Part shown: one piece after another, positions 1 through 8,482 of the stretch
Layout of the letters: each line of letters starts with the position of its first letter
Position numbering within the stretch: position 1 is the first letter of the stretch
Source of the DNA: Desulfatiglandales bacterium
Lineage (GTDB): Bacteria > Desulfobacterota > DSM-4660 > Desulfatiglandales > Desulfatiglandaceae
Reading direction: 5' to 3'
Assembly (NCBI GenBank): GCA_963666345.1
Contig: OY762721.1
Location: 1,344,001-1,408,000 of the forward strand
DNA: 64,000 nt
The notes under the pieces: model-generated
Told to the model about the DNA's origin: nothing
Database searches by the model: none
What the model saw: only the letters and a program-made list of their open reading frames with translations
Program-made: the position numbers and the translations under genes

Positions 1-81
1 AAGCAGAAATTCCCTTTTATGGCATCGGTGTGTTATATGCCATGTATAACCAGGGATAAAATGCCTTTTTGCTCTTGCCAT
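1..81 (-). mobile_element. N-terminus of REP-associated tyrosine transposase (RAYT, Y1/HUH family), partial at window edge
   Basis: Minus strand from ATG at 81 translates to MARAKRHFIPGYTWHITHRCHKREFLL, the MAR..R...PG..WHIT.R N-terminal signature of RAYT proteins. Not in the ORF track. Confidence 0.8.
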
Positions 82-82
82 C

Positions 83-321
83 ACCACAAACCTATAATGC
101 CCTTTTCGGTATCAAAAATCGCAATATAGGCCTTATTTCAGGCCCTTTTCAGACTTGTTTCTAAGTTATTTCAGAATGTTATCGTGGCCCGACCCCCAAT
201 CAACCACAAACCTATAATGCCCTTTTTGGTATCAAAAATCGCAATATAGACCCGATTTCAGACCCTTTTCAGACTTCTTTCTAAGTTATTTCAGAATGTT
301 ATCGTGGCCCGACCCCCAATC
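83..321. repeat. Tandem duplication, period 120 bp (83-201 and 203-321), upstream of RAYT; each copy ends in TGGCCCGACCCC
   Basis: Direct comparison gives 6 mismatches in 119 bp. Confidence 0.95.
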
Positions 322-330
322 CTACAGGAT

Positions 331-337
331 GTTGGGC
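331..337 (-). other. Orphan attC inverse core (R'') of the most distal cassette; rest of attC missing
   Basis: GTTGGGC at 331-337 is the exact complement of cassette start GCCCAAC (1197-1203). No L boxes or AAC core are visible to its left, where the RAYT end repeat lies. Confidence 0.6.
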
Positions 338-344
338 AGATCTG

Positions 345-587
345 TTACAATAAACTTAACGTAATTGTATTAATTTCAAAAGGTTTCCCAGTCTCTCCGA
401 AATGGCTCTTAACCTTATCTGAAAGAGAGATGGGAACTTTATGGCCGTGAATAATTTTATTCGCACCATTTCTGGAAATTCTATAATGAGTACATTTGGG
501 ACAGATCACGTGTTTGCCGTCGTATCCATTGGGCCGATCAATATTTTTAGTCCCAGCATCATTACACAAAAAACATTTTTGATTCAT
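345..587 (-). CDS. Small Cys-rich (CxxC...CxxC) zinc-ribbon-like hypothetical protein, cassette gene
   Basis: 80-aa ORF with CFLC and CPKC; GGAGG RBS just upstream. Confidence 0.7.
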   Translation of the reverse strand: MNQKCFLCNDAGTKNIDRPNGYDGKHVICPKCTHYRISRNGANKIIHGHKVPISLSDKVKSHFGETGKPFEINTITLSLL

Positions 588-623
588 TTTTTACCTCCGA
601 AAAGGGACTATCCCAATACACTC

Positions 624-1085
624 CTAAGGTTGATTAAGATAATTATCAATAACCTCCCTATGACCGTTAAATTTGGCATATAGTATTTCCTTAAGACCTC
701 TTAGCCCTGGTTCCGCAACGAGCCTATCGAATTCAGATGCCTTAAGATTCAATTGCCTGCAATATTTGTCTAAAACTGTTTGTGGAGCTATTCCACCATG
801 CATTTTTGCTACCTCTTTTGTGGCTTTTGATCTTGGAACACCCGAAAAATGAGTCATATAAACGACTTGTAAAATGTGCTCAAGAGCTTTAGGTGTGCCG
901 GCAGGAACTGGGGGAAGATTATGACTTGCCGCCTTTCTTGGTTTGAATTGAGTAAGATTTTCACTGCTGGTTTTCCCAAATAAAAGCCTACGTAAAACAT
1001 CATTAGGTGTGTCAGTGAATGGTTCAGCTTGACTTTTAAGATAATCTAATACCTCTTGATCTATATCGATCGTGTGCATACGCAT
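624..1085 (-). CDS. Hypothetical protein with SeqA-N-like (ribbon-helix-helix-like) N-terminus, cassette gene
   Basis: MHTIDIDQEVLDYLKSQAEPFTDTPNDVLRRLL resembles the SeqA N-terminal domain; GGAGG RBS before ATG 1085. Confidence 0.65.
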   Translation of the reverse strand: MRMHTIDIDQEVLDYLKSQAEPFTDTPNDVLRRLLFGKTSSENLTQFKPRKAASHNLPPVPAGTPKALEHILQVVYMTHFSGVPRSKATKEVAKMHGGIAPQTVLDKYCRQLNLKASEFDRLVAEPGLRGLKEILYAKFNGHREVIDNYLNQP

Positions 1086-1144
1086 AACAGTACCTCCTCG
1101 CAAAAATAAAAGGTTAAAGTGATCGGCGCGCCACTGTTATGCGT

Positions 1145-1173
1145 AATATACTTCAGTAATTACAGTCTGTCAA
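1145..1173 (-). promoter_or_regulatory. Cassette-internal sigma70 promoter
   Basis: TTGACA-17 bp-TATATT on the minus strand. Confidence 0.7.
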
Positions 1174-1196
1174 GTTTTTTAAGTGTAAATATTTGT

Positions 1197-1244
1197 GCCC
1201 AACGCGAAAATCACCGGTTTATCCGGTGCATTTTCTGGTTAGGA
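1197..1244 (-). other. attC site (48 bp)
   Basis: Bottom (+) strand: GCCCAAC-gcgaaa-ATCACCGG-tttat-CCGGTG(c)AT-tttctg-GTTAGGA, with an extrahelical base in L''. Confidence 0.85.
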
Positions 1245-1291
1245 ATTAAGGATTGTATCCCAGGAATTCTCTGAATTCCCGTACGTTAATT

Positions 1292-4200
1292 TCAATCTTT
1301 TTTGTGTAACTTATTTATGAAATCTGACAAGAGGTCTGCTCTCAGGAACTCTGCATTAATTCCTTCGGACGGGAAGCTGGTCCACCAATGACTGTTCCTG
1401 CTCAGGTATATTGTTATTATTTTGGGCGGGTTCTTTTCGTCTATAGGCCATCTTAGGGCTCGGGCGATTTCAGCCAGATGTTTCTTTAGGTAATCTTCCC
1501 GTCTGTTGATTTGCTCGAAATATCCTTGTGACTTGCCTGGTATGCCGAAAATTTTCTCTCTCAGCCTTCTTGCGTCTTTGAGAGAGTGCGCTTGGAGCAG
1601 GTCTTTGCATTCGATATTCAGGATGATGTTTTTATCTTGATGAAATGACAAAACGTCGTAATCGCCCAGCTCTTGAGGATGATGCCCTTTGGGTTCAAGC
1701 TTATCCAGCTTTAGGTTTTTTTGCGCAAGTGGCGTATGCCTTTTGACTATTTCAAACGTCTTGTCCGCTAAGGCATCCTCGATAAGCTTTTTTTCCGAGG
1801 CTATTACCTGTTCTATATTTGGTGACTGTAAATCTGTTGGCAACCTACCCTCCGGGATAGTTGCTGACCATAGGAGTGCTGTCCTTCTTGCGGAATATGC
1901 TCCCCAATGGAACTGATTTCCCACTTTGATTATCGGCCGCAGATTGTATCTTGCATACCTCTTCCTGTATTCCCATACCGGCAAGTCTGAACAGGGCTCT
2001 TCTTGTCCTAATACTCGGATAACATCTTCCTTCTTTAGCGTCAGGAAATCGATTATCCGGCCGGCCTCTTCTAAGCTACAATCTGGAATGTTTTTGCTAA
2101 ATATTTCGATTGTTTCCTCAGAAGCGGCTTTGTAGCTCGTGCTTTCTTCAACATCCTTGGCAAATGTTGGCCAGAAAGACAGAATTTGTAAGGCATTTAC
2201 CATATTCTTCAGACTAAATCCTAAGTCTGCGATGCTTGCCTTATCGATTTCGTTTAATAGTTCCTCAACAGGTCTTGGTGATTCCACCCGGTCCTCCGAT
2301 TTTCCGATAAGGCCTAATTCGAGTTGTGCCATCATTTCAGAATATTGTTTCTCCTTGGTTTCCATTTCGGGCTCGTACATTACCTCTAAAAGAAAGTCTC
2401 TGTCGAGCTTCATCCCAACCGGCAGGATTCCATAATGGAGGTTATCGCTTGCGCTGTACAACACATGAAGCCAGTCTATCAGCGCGATAAAATACTGGAA
2501 TTGGGTCCTGGTTATTTTTTCTTTTCCTTTCGGCTCTATCTGCACTAATTTTTCTATAATGTACCTATAGTTTTTGTGGGTCTTTATGAATTCCGTGTGC
2601 TTCTCCGCGTGTCTTACTTCCGGCTGGTAGTCTGTTTCGTGTTGTAACGAATGTTTGATTCTGTGTCGGTGGCGCTCGTTTTCCGCATTAAGAGCATCAA
2701 TTCTTGTGAGCAGAAATGGGATGGCGGTTGTAAAGTCATATTTTGACACCTCGGAGTTTATTTCGGCCACTATTGCATCTCTTAGCCTGTTAATGATTGT
2801 TTTGGCTTCCTCAAGATGGTATTCGCCTTCCTGGACGTCTAGCTGGCTTGCAATTTCCGCTATCCTTTTCTTGGCCCTTTTGAAATGCGCTTTTTCCGGC
2901 TCTAAGGGGCTTATGAATTCAGGAAAACTTGCCGGTTTATCTACGGCAAACATCTTGAAACGTGGCTTTCCCGGTTTGGTTTTTTCAAGCTTTTCTATTA
3001 TGCTTCCAATTTCTTTGTCTGGAACCAGTTCGTCTAATCGGGCTAAAACTTCCAGCAGGATATCGACTTCAAGAGAGCAATCCGTGGCGTCGTTAAAGGT
3101 CTTTCGTATTTCTTCGTCATTAAAAACGACTCTTACACCTATAGTGCCTTTTCTAATCCTGGATAGGTCAGAACACCAATATTTTTCGATTCCACAAAGA
3201 TGCCGTACATGTTTGAATTTTTCGTCCTTAACCACCATTGATAATGGGAAAAATATTATATGCAGTTTTTCTGGTCTCTTAAAAAACGCATGTTCAGTAA
3301 AGATTGACTCTCTTCTTGACATGGAATCTTCGAGGCATTCCATCAATAAATTAGACAAGCTACCTTGAGGGTAATCCATAGCATCGAATGGCGCAGTCAT
3401 AGAAACTTCAGTTGGACCGATTCTTGAATATAACGCCGAGCCGAAATATCCTCTTGCCACCAGTCTAATTCTTGTATCAGTCTCCTTTTTGACCTTCCAG
3501 CTTTGTGGATGTCCGAAAAATCCATGCTCCGGAAATTCTTCCCAAAATGAGGATAGGGTCTTGTAGCGAAGGCTCGTACCCCAATGAGGGTCAATACTTA
3601 TAAAGTCTGGCTCAAGGGCTCCTCCTATTAGTATTCCCTGAGAGTCCTTGTAGGAGGCGAACTTATCGAGCATAGTGAATCCGGTCTGTAGCTTAGGTTC
3701 TATTTCGTCCAAATATTCGAAAAAGTCAGCGAGAGTTTCTGGGTTTTCAAGCTCATCTATCATCCCGAGAAATGAATCGAGGAACATTACCCTGCCAGGC
3801 AAATCCACAGGTATTCCAAAAGATCGTATTTGGGTAGATACTTGTGGAATAATTATTAAGATTTCAGGTTGTAGAGTTCTCTTTTCGTCTTCTGAACGAA
3901 ATTGCACATTTTGCCTGTCTAAGTGGAGAGCCAGTGTTGCCGGTTGTTGGCTGGCTAGTTCTATAGCCTTGTTGAGTTCCGGCGCTATTTTTCTGAATTT
4001 TTTTTCCAGTGAATTTGAAGACACTTTCGGGGTTAAAAGGTAGATGAGTATGAGCTTGTTTCCAGCGATGAAGGCTGTAGTGAAAATTATATTATGCGGC
4101 TTTCCATCTTTTTCTACGGCGCTTGCCACGTAGAATATATTGTCTTTTGGGATACGGTATTTAACGTATTGATGCAATCTTGCGCCAATTTTAAAAAGAA

Positions 4201-5104
4201 GCCGTCGCTTGTCAGGTTCGATTTTATCGATATGATTTCTATATGTTTCTGACCATGAATCGAACAGTATCGCGGAGTACCGCCTTGGAAGTATAGGATA
4301 ATATCTTGCTTTGTTTTTGATAAAGAATGCGGGAATTAGAGTCCCATCGAATATGCTATTGCCAAAAGTTTCGTATTCCAGTGAATCTCGGGGGTATTCA
4401 CCGAGGTTTAGAGTATAAAGATTTTTGAACTGAGCAGGCTCCAACTCATCTGGTACGAATGCTGTATAAAATGTTTTAGCGTTTTCCCAGAATTCTTTCG
4501 GCGGTATCTCTATATGACCTGGTTCGATGTCTAAAGTCTTACTGTCCGGCTGTGCTGTTATCCCCTCAATTATGGTTTCTTGAAGGGTTAAGCAATATCT
4601 GAGCTCCAGGGCCGGGTCTCTATGGCAATGCCTATAATATTCTTCCTTGTATGGTCCGTAAACCATCTGGAATATTTCCAGGTATTCGTTCACGTTCGAC
4701 AACTCATTCCCGTAGAACATCTTATAATTTTTTTCATCATGATGGAATTTTATCTCTCCCCAGTCAGGTTCAGGGATGTAGTCCTCCAATGATGGGAATG
4801 CTGGAAGGAGATTATATATCTTTTCGAGGAAGGCTGAGAAGCCTTCATAAGTATTTATGATGTCTTCCGTGGAAAACTCTTCTGGCATAACAGTCGCGAA
4901 TATAGCAATAAGGAGCTGATGCTTTACTTGACTTGCGATATTCGGGAGCCACATATTTGAAACAAATAAGGATATGGCGACATCCTCAACGCTGTATTTG
5001 CGAAACTCGCTTCTGATACTCTCGACGCAATCACTGAAGGCCGCTTTTTCCTTTTCAGGATCTATGTCAAACATTCTTCTTATCGCTTCAATTCCATTTT
5101 CCAT
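1292..5104 (-). CDS. Large hypothetical protein with C-terminal PD-(D/E)xK nuclease-like motif, cassette gene
   Basis: 1270-aa ORF; GDYDVL...IECK near the C-terminus. Confidence 0.75.
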   Translation of the reverse strand: MENGIEAIRRMFDIDPEKEKAAFSDCVESIRSEFRKYSVEDVAISLFVSNMWLPNIASQVKHQLLIAIFATVMPEEFSTEDIINTYEGFSAFLEKIYNLLPAFPSLEDYIPEPDWGEIKFHHDEKNYKMFYGNELSNVNEYLEIFQMVYGPYKEEYYRHCHRDPALELRYCLTLQETIIEGITAQPDSKTLDIEPGHIEIPPKEFWENAKTFYTAFVPDELEPAQFKNLYTLNLGEYPRDSLEYETFGNSIFDGTLIPAFFIKNKARYYPILPRRYSAILFDSWSETYRNHIDKIEPDKRRLLFKIGARLHQYVKYRIPKDNIFYVASAVEKDGKPHNIIFTTAFIAGNKLILIYLLTPKVSSNSLEKKFRKIAPELNKAIELASQQPATLALHLDRQNVQFRSEDEKRTLQPEILIIIPQVSTQIRSFGIPVDLPGRVMFLDSFLGMIDELENPETLADFFEYLDEIEPKLQTGFTMLDKFASYKDSQGILIGGALEPDFISIDPHWGTSLRYKTLSSFWEEFPEHGFFGHPQSWKVKKETDTRIRLVARGYFGSALYSRIGPTEVSMTAPFDAMDYPQGSLSNLLMECLEDSMSRRESIFTEHAFFKRPEKLHIIFFPLSMVVKDEKFKHVRHLCGIEKYWCSDLSRIRKGTIGVRVVFNDEEIRKTFNDATDCSLEVDILLEVLARLDELVPDKEIGSIIEKLEKTKPGKPRFKMFAVDKPASFPEFISPLEPEKAHFKRAKKRIAEIASQLDVQEGEYHLEEAKTIINRLRDAIVAEINSEVSKYDFTTAIPFLLTRIDALNAENERHRHRIKHSLQHETDYQPEVRHAEKHTEFIKTHKNYRYIIEKLVQIEPKGKEKITRTQFQYFIALIDWLHVLYSASDNLHYGILPVGMKLDRDFLLEVMYEPEMETKEKQYSEMMAQLELGLIGKSEDRVESPRPVEELLNEIDKASIADLGFSLKNMVNALQILSFWPTFAKDVEESTSYKAASEETIEIFSKNIPDCSLEEAGRIIDFLTLKKEDVIRVLGQEEPCSDLPVWEYRKRYARYNLRPIIKVGNQFHWGAYSARRTALLWSATIPEGRLPTDLQSPNIEQVIASEKKLIEDALADKTFEIVKRHTPLAQKNLKLDKLEPKGHHPQELGDYDVLSFHQDKNIILNIECKDLLQAHSLKDARRLREKIFGIPGKSQGYFEQINRREDYLKKHLAEIARALRWPIDEKNPPKIITIYLSRNSHWWTSFPSEGINAEFLRADLLSDFINKLHKKD

Positions 5105-5133
5105 AAAGACTGCTACTCGTAATCAATTTGTGA

Positions 5134-5175
5134 ATTTTGGGGACAGTTTTTTAATTAATATCTTGTCCCCAGAAT
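5134..5175. repeat. REP-like palindrome
   Basis: ATTTTGGGGACA...TGTCCCCAGAAT inverted repeat. Confidence 0.6.
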
Positions 5176-5409
5176 ACCTTTATCTGCAGCGGCCGCAGTG
5201 CTTCGGAAGGGAAGCAGTGGAGATCACTGCTCGTTATTTCGTTCCGCGCCGAGGGTAAACCGTTGAAACAGGCCGAGGACTGTTGTCCCTTCTCTCGCGA
5301 AGGTGCTCCAGGGCTCGGAAAGGGTGATCTCCACCATGCCCGTTTGCCGCAGTGCCAATGACGGAGGCTCTAACGGTATTCTTTTAATGTCAGACCCTTC
5401 GCCCGGCGG

Positions 5410-5537
5410 AATCAACGAAAAGCTAACCAGCGGCGGGATGATTGCCAACCCTCTTGGGAAAGCTCAAACTCTGGTTAACTGCTAATTCATACAAAATGCC
5501 CCGGTTTTAGCCGTCTGAGTTAAGCGCCTGGTTAGGG
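5410..5537 (-). other. attC site (128 bp)
   Basis: AATCAAC-gaaaag-CTAACCAGCGGC...GCCG(t)CTG(a)GTT(a)AG-cgcctg-GTTAGGG. R'' GTTAGGGTG matches cassette start CACCCTAAC (6587-6595). Confidence 0.8.
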
Positions 5538-6569
5538 TGAATCGCTGGCGAGCCACTTGAATAACAATGCCGCCGCCAAGGATGCACTTGCGGCTACGAT
5601 CCAAGAAACGAGCGTTGGCCAGACTCGTTCAAAAGCGCTTGCCTTTGTCTTGGTCAGGTTGATTTTTGCATTTGGGATAAACTTTGAGTGAATCCAAAGG
5701 AACGCTGTCAAGAGTATAAAAATTGATGCTACAAATATTCCACGATTTGCCAAAGAATCAATATCGGGGATGGCCACCAGCATAGCCAAAAAGATGAATT
5801 GATTTAAATTAAGACCAAACTTTTTGTAGGTAGTTACAAGTGTGCTTTCGTTCTTTTTTATTGCAGACGCTAGCGCATTTGCTTTACCGATAACCCAAGA
5901 TTCTCGAACCCCTTGGACCCTAACTTCATTAACGCCAAATGATGATACTTCGACGGTTACCACTTTGTTTACACCATGCGCGTCAGGCTCTTGAACAAAT
6001 ATTTTAAGATATTTTAGCTCGGCAGCTTCTGGTGGATTCTTAAGAAAATCATCGGCGTATTTCGTAACATCTGGGCCACCATCATTATACGTAACGATGG
6101 CTCTTCCTGAATCGAAATCAACAAGCACGTGTCCAATTAATTTTCGAATATCCTCTTCATATAGTATTAAAGCTCCGAGTTGTATATTCTGGTTATAAAA
6201 TTGCTCTGGCACACCAGCAAGATTCTCTGCTGCTTCTTTTTGCCCTTCACCATGAGGGTATAGCGAAAACAACCCCCCTGTCCCTAGTGTTGACTCCCAT
6301 TTGCCTTTCAAATAGCCCTCGGGCGTGAGGGTTCCTTGAATCGTTAGCTCACCAAGCTCTACTCCCTCCCGAGATTGTTTTGGCTGACCTATAAGAGAAA
6401 TGGTCTCTCCATATTCACCCTCAACATGGTACACAGCAGCGCCATATTGGTCATCCAAGAAACGAAATGTCCCGGACAATTTTTCCTTGTCTTCATCAAG
6501 TGCCAAGAAAACGTTTCCGGTATTGGTCCCATAGACGCGGCCAGCCCACAGTTTTCCTAATGTGCTCAT
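5532..6569 (-). CDS. Hypothetical membrane protein (beta-rich N-terminus, C-terminal TM helices), cassette gene
   Basis: GAGGAG RBS before ATG 6569; hydrophobic C-terminal segments; stop codon lies in attC R''. Confidence 0.8.
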   Translation of the reverse strand: MSTLGKLWAGRVYGTNTGNVFLALDEDKEKLSGTFRFLDDQYGAAVYHVEGEYGETISLIGQPKQSREGVELGELTIQGTLTPEGYLKGKWESTLGTGGLFSLYPHGEGQKEAAENLAGVPEQFYNQNIQLGALILYEEDIRKLIGHVLVDFDSGRAIVTYNDGGPDVTKYADDFLKNPPEAAELKYLKIFVQEPDAHGVNKVVTVEVSSFGVNEVRVQGVRESWVIGKANALASAIKKNESTLVTTYKKFGLNLNQFIFLAMLVAIPDIDSLANRGIFVASIFILLTAFLWIHSKFIPNAKINLTKTKASAFERVWPTLVSWIVAASASLAAALLFKWLASDSP

Positions 6570-6588
6570 TCTTGGATATCTCCTCACA

Positions 6589-6645
6589 CCCTAACGAATT
6601 AATCAGCGGCCCGCTTTTTGGGTCCGCTGAATTTTCATGTTAAAT
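6589..6645 (-). other. attC site (57 bp)
   Basis: CCCTAAC-gaatta-ATCAGCGG-CCC...GGG(t)CCGCTG(a)AT-tttcat-GTTAAAT. Confidence 0.9.
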
Positions 6646-6647
6646 TC

Positions 6648-7346
6648 TTACTTTAATGACGGCATAGGCTTATGTTTAATCACTAAATATAGAACATCAG
6701 ATTGGAACCATGGAGACGTTGTTTTTTGATCTTTAGCGTCAAATGTTTCTTCCACGTGTGAGATTCCAATTAAAGATAAGGCGTCACTTAACCTTTTTGC
6801 ATCACCTAACCGTGTTCCTTCAAATATTCCAATTGAAACGCCATATTCGTTCTGCGTGTAATTCTTTATCCGCATCGTTTGCCAATGTGCCTCACGCAAA
6901 GCCACATCAAAATCATTCGCGAAATCTGAACTCTCCGCATCCATCAATGTTGAGACGATTGCGACAGTTCCCGGATCATCAGTGAGAAGCTTAATCAACT
7001 TCTCACTTTGAGCATTTGTCAAACGACGTGGCTTGACTTCGCTTTCAAGTTTATTTGCTTTAGCCTCCGTCCGTGCTAACTGATCTGATTGTGTCACAAT
7101 AAAATTTTGAAGCTCATCGACTTTCTTGTTGGAATTGTAGGTTTCCATCGAATTTATAACCATAAGCATCAATGCAAATACCGGGAGTCCCCAATTTACT
7201 AAAAGAAATTCCAAACCAGTGCGCCATTTTTCTTTTCCAATTTTAGCAGATTTGAATGCAACCCATCTCTTCCCATGATCGAAATATGCGGGAAGAAAAG
7301 AAATAAAGCAAAGAGCTATGTTTAAAAATAATGATAATTTCCACAT
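6648..7346 (-). CDS. Hypothetical membrane-anchored protein, cassette gene
   Basis: 232-aa ORF filling the cassette; two N-terminal hydrophobic segments followed by a coiled coil. Confidence 0.75.
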   Translation of the reverse strand: MWKLSLFLNIALCFISFLPAYFDHGKRWVAFKSAKIGKEKWRTGLEFLLVNWGLPVFALMLMVINSMETYNSNKKVDELQNFIVTQSDQLARTEAKANKLESEVKPRRLTNAQSEKLIKLLTDDPGTVAIVSTLMDAESSDFANDFDVALREAHWQTMRIKNYTQNEYGVSIGIFEGTRLGDAKRLSDALSLIGISHVEETFDAKDQKTTSPWFQSDVLYLVIKHKPMPSLK

Positions 7347-7365
7347 TTTTAATTTCTAATTTAAC

Positions 7366-7516
7366 GGCCCCGCGGATCAGCGGCGGGCGAACGCGCGAGC
7401 TTGCTCGCGTGGATGACCGACCGCTGCATCCGCTTGATGGCCGGCGCGCAGCGCCGGACAGCATGCGGATGATAATACGCGGGGCCGATGGCACGGCGCG
7501 TAGCGTCCGTGCCATC
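7366..7516 (-). mobile_element. 151-bp gene-less structured element, copy 1 (G variant)
   Basis: Four copies identical except for one loop base; inserted at the attC crossover. Confidence 0.85.
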
Positions 7517-7580
7517 ATCGAGATCACCTGCCGCTATGTAGCGCAGCGGAGTAGCGGTCAGGTGGAGCGCCTTGTTAGCC
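7517..7580 (-). other. attC body of the methyltransferase cassette (R' replaced by element end, ATC)
   Basis: atcgag-ATCACCTG-CCGCTA...TAGCGG(t)CAGGTG(g)AG-cgcctt-GTTAGCC. R'' matches cassette start GGGCTAAC (8229-8236). Confidence 0.85.
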
Positions 7581-8211
7581 CAGTGACGGTTCTATAAAGA
7601 CTTGCTATTACTGGAATAAATATCGGCGGTGTCAGCTTTAGAACTATTTGTCTAATCGATTTTTTATCGGCTTTCTGCCATTTTGCGTACTTTTCTGTAA
7701 ACTCTGTTAAAGAAGGCTTATCATTTTTAAAGCCAATTCCTACTATTGTATGAGGAAAACTCTCATTACCTTGAAATCCCACGAAAGACTTATCGAAGGG
7801 CTTCAAAATTGATTTGAATGCTTCAGGTGTGAATCGCCAATAATCATAGGGATGATCGTGAATAGGAAAATCCATAACAGAACTAATTACTGCAATTCCA
7901 TTAGGTTTAAGTATTCGATGTATCTCTTCTAATGCCTTACGGGGATATTCAACATGTTCCAGTGTATCAAAACACAAAACTGTTCCAACGGATTCAGAAG
8001 GGATGTCAATCGCATGTAAATCCAATATCTTATCAACGCCTAGGCCTTCTCGCATGTCACAACCAATATATTCTTTATTGCGGAATAACGGACGCAAATC
8101 CGCAAACCCTATCTGCTCAGGTACTTGAAATGAACCAAATTCATATATAGGTTCAAGGGTTGGTAACGTTATGCTTACTATGCTTGCAAAGTCTTTAACG
8201 TTCTGTCTCAT
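7558..8211 (-). CDS. Class I SAM-dependent methyltransferase, cassette gene
   Basis: EFGS motif-I variant, DTLEHVEYP, ILKPNG, HDHPYDYWRFT. Confidence 0.85.
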   Translation of the reverse strand: MRQNVKDFASIVSITLPTLEPIYEFGSFQVPEQIGFADLRPLFRNKEYIGCDMREGLGVDKILDLHAIDIPSESVGTVLCFDTLEHVEYPRKALEEIHRILKPNGIAVISSVMDFPIHDHPYDYWRFTPEAFKSILKPFDKSFVGFQGNESFPHTIVGIGFKNDKPSLTEFTEKYAKWQKADKKSIRQIVLKLTPPIFIPVIASLYRTVTGLTRRST

Positions 8212-8236
8212 ACTAATTCCTCTTTTTCGGGCTAAC

Positions 8237-8387
8237 GGCCCCGCGGATCAGCGGCGGGCGAACGCGCGAGCTTGCTCGCGTGGATGACCGACCGCTGCAT
8301 CCGCTTGATGGCCGGCGCGCAGCGCCGGACAGCATGCGGATGATAATACGCGGGGCCGATGGCACGGCGCATAGCGTCCGTGCCATC
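8237..8387 (-). mobile_element. 151-bp gene-less structured element, copy 2 (A variant)
   Basis: Same as copy 1 except A at 8371. Confidence 0.85.
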
Positions 8388-8442
8388 GCCGATCTTCAGC
8401 GGGCGCGGCTTTTTGCGATCCGCTGCAAGAGCATGGTTATGA
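8388..8442 (-). other. attC body of a cyclase-like cassette
   Basis: gccgat-CTTCAGCGG...CCGCTG(c)AAG-agcatg-GTTATGA. R'' GTTATGAAAT matches cassette start ATTTCATAAC (9428-9437). Confidence 0.85.
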
Positions 8443-8482
8443 AATAATCAGTGTTACTTGCTCAAAACGCTCTTTCCCATTC

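Noticed and set aside
7366..7440. Element as just an ordinary long attC of the neighbouring gene cassette
   Set aside because: Each neighbouring cassette already has its own distinct attC body with an R'' matching its start, and copy 4 has no upstream cassette.
7366..7516. Hammerhead ribozyme or group II intron remnant
   Set aside because: The three-way junction lacks CUGANGA/GAAA on both strands. There is no GUGCG 5' end or domain V, and insertion is at R', whereas attC-targeting introns insert at the inverse-core side.
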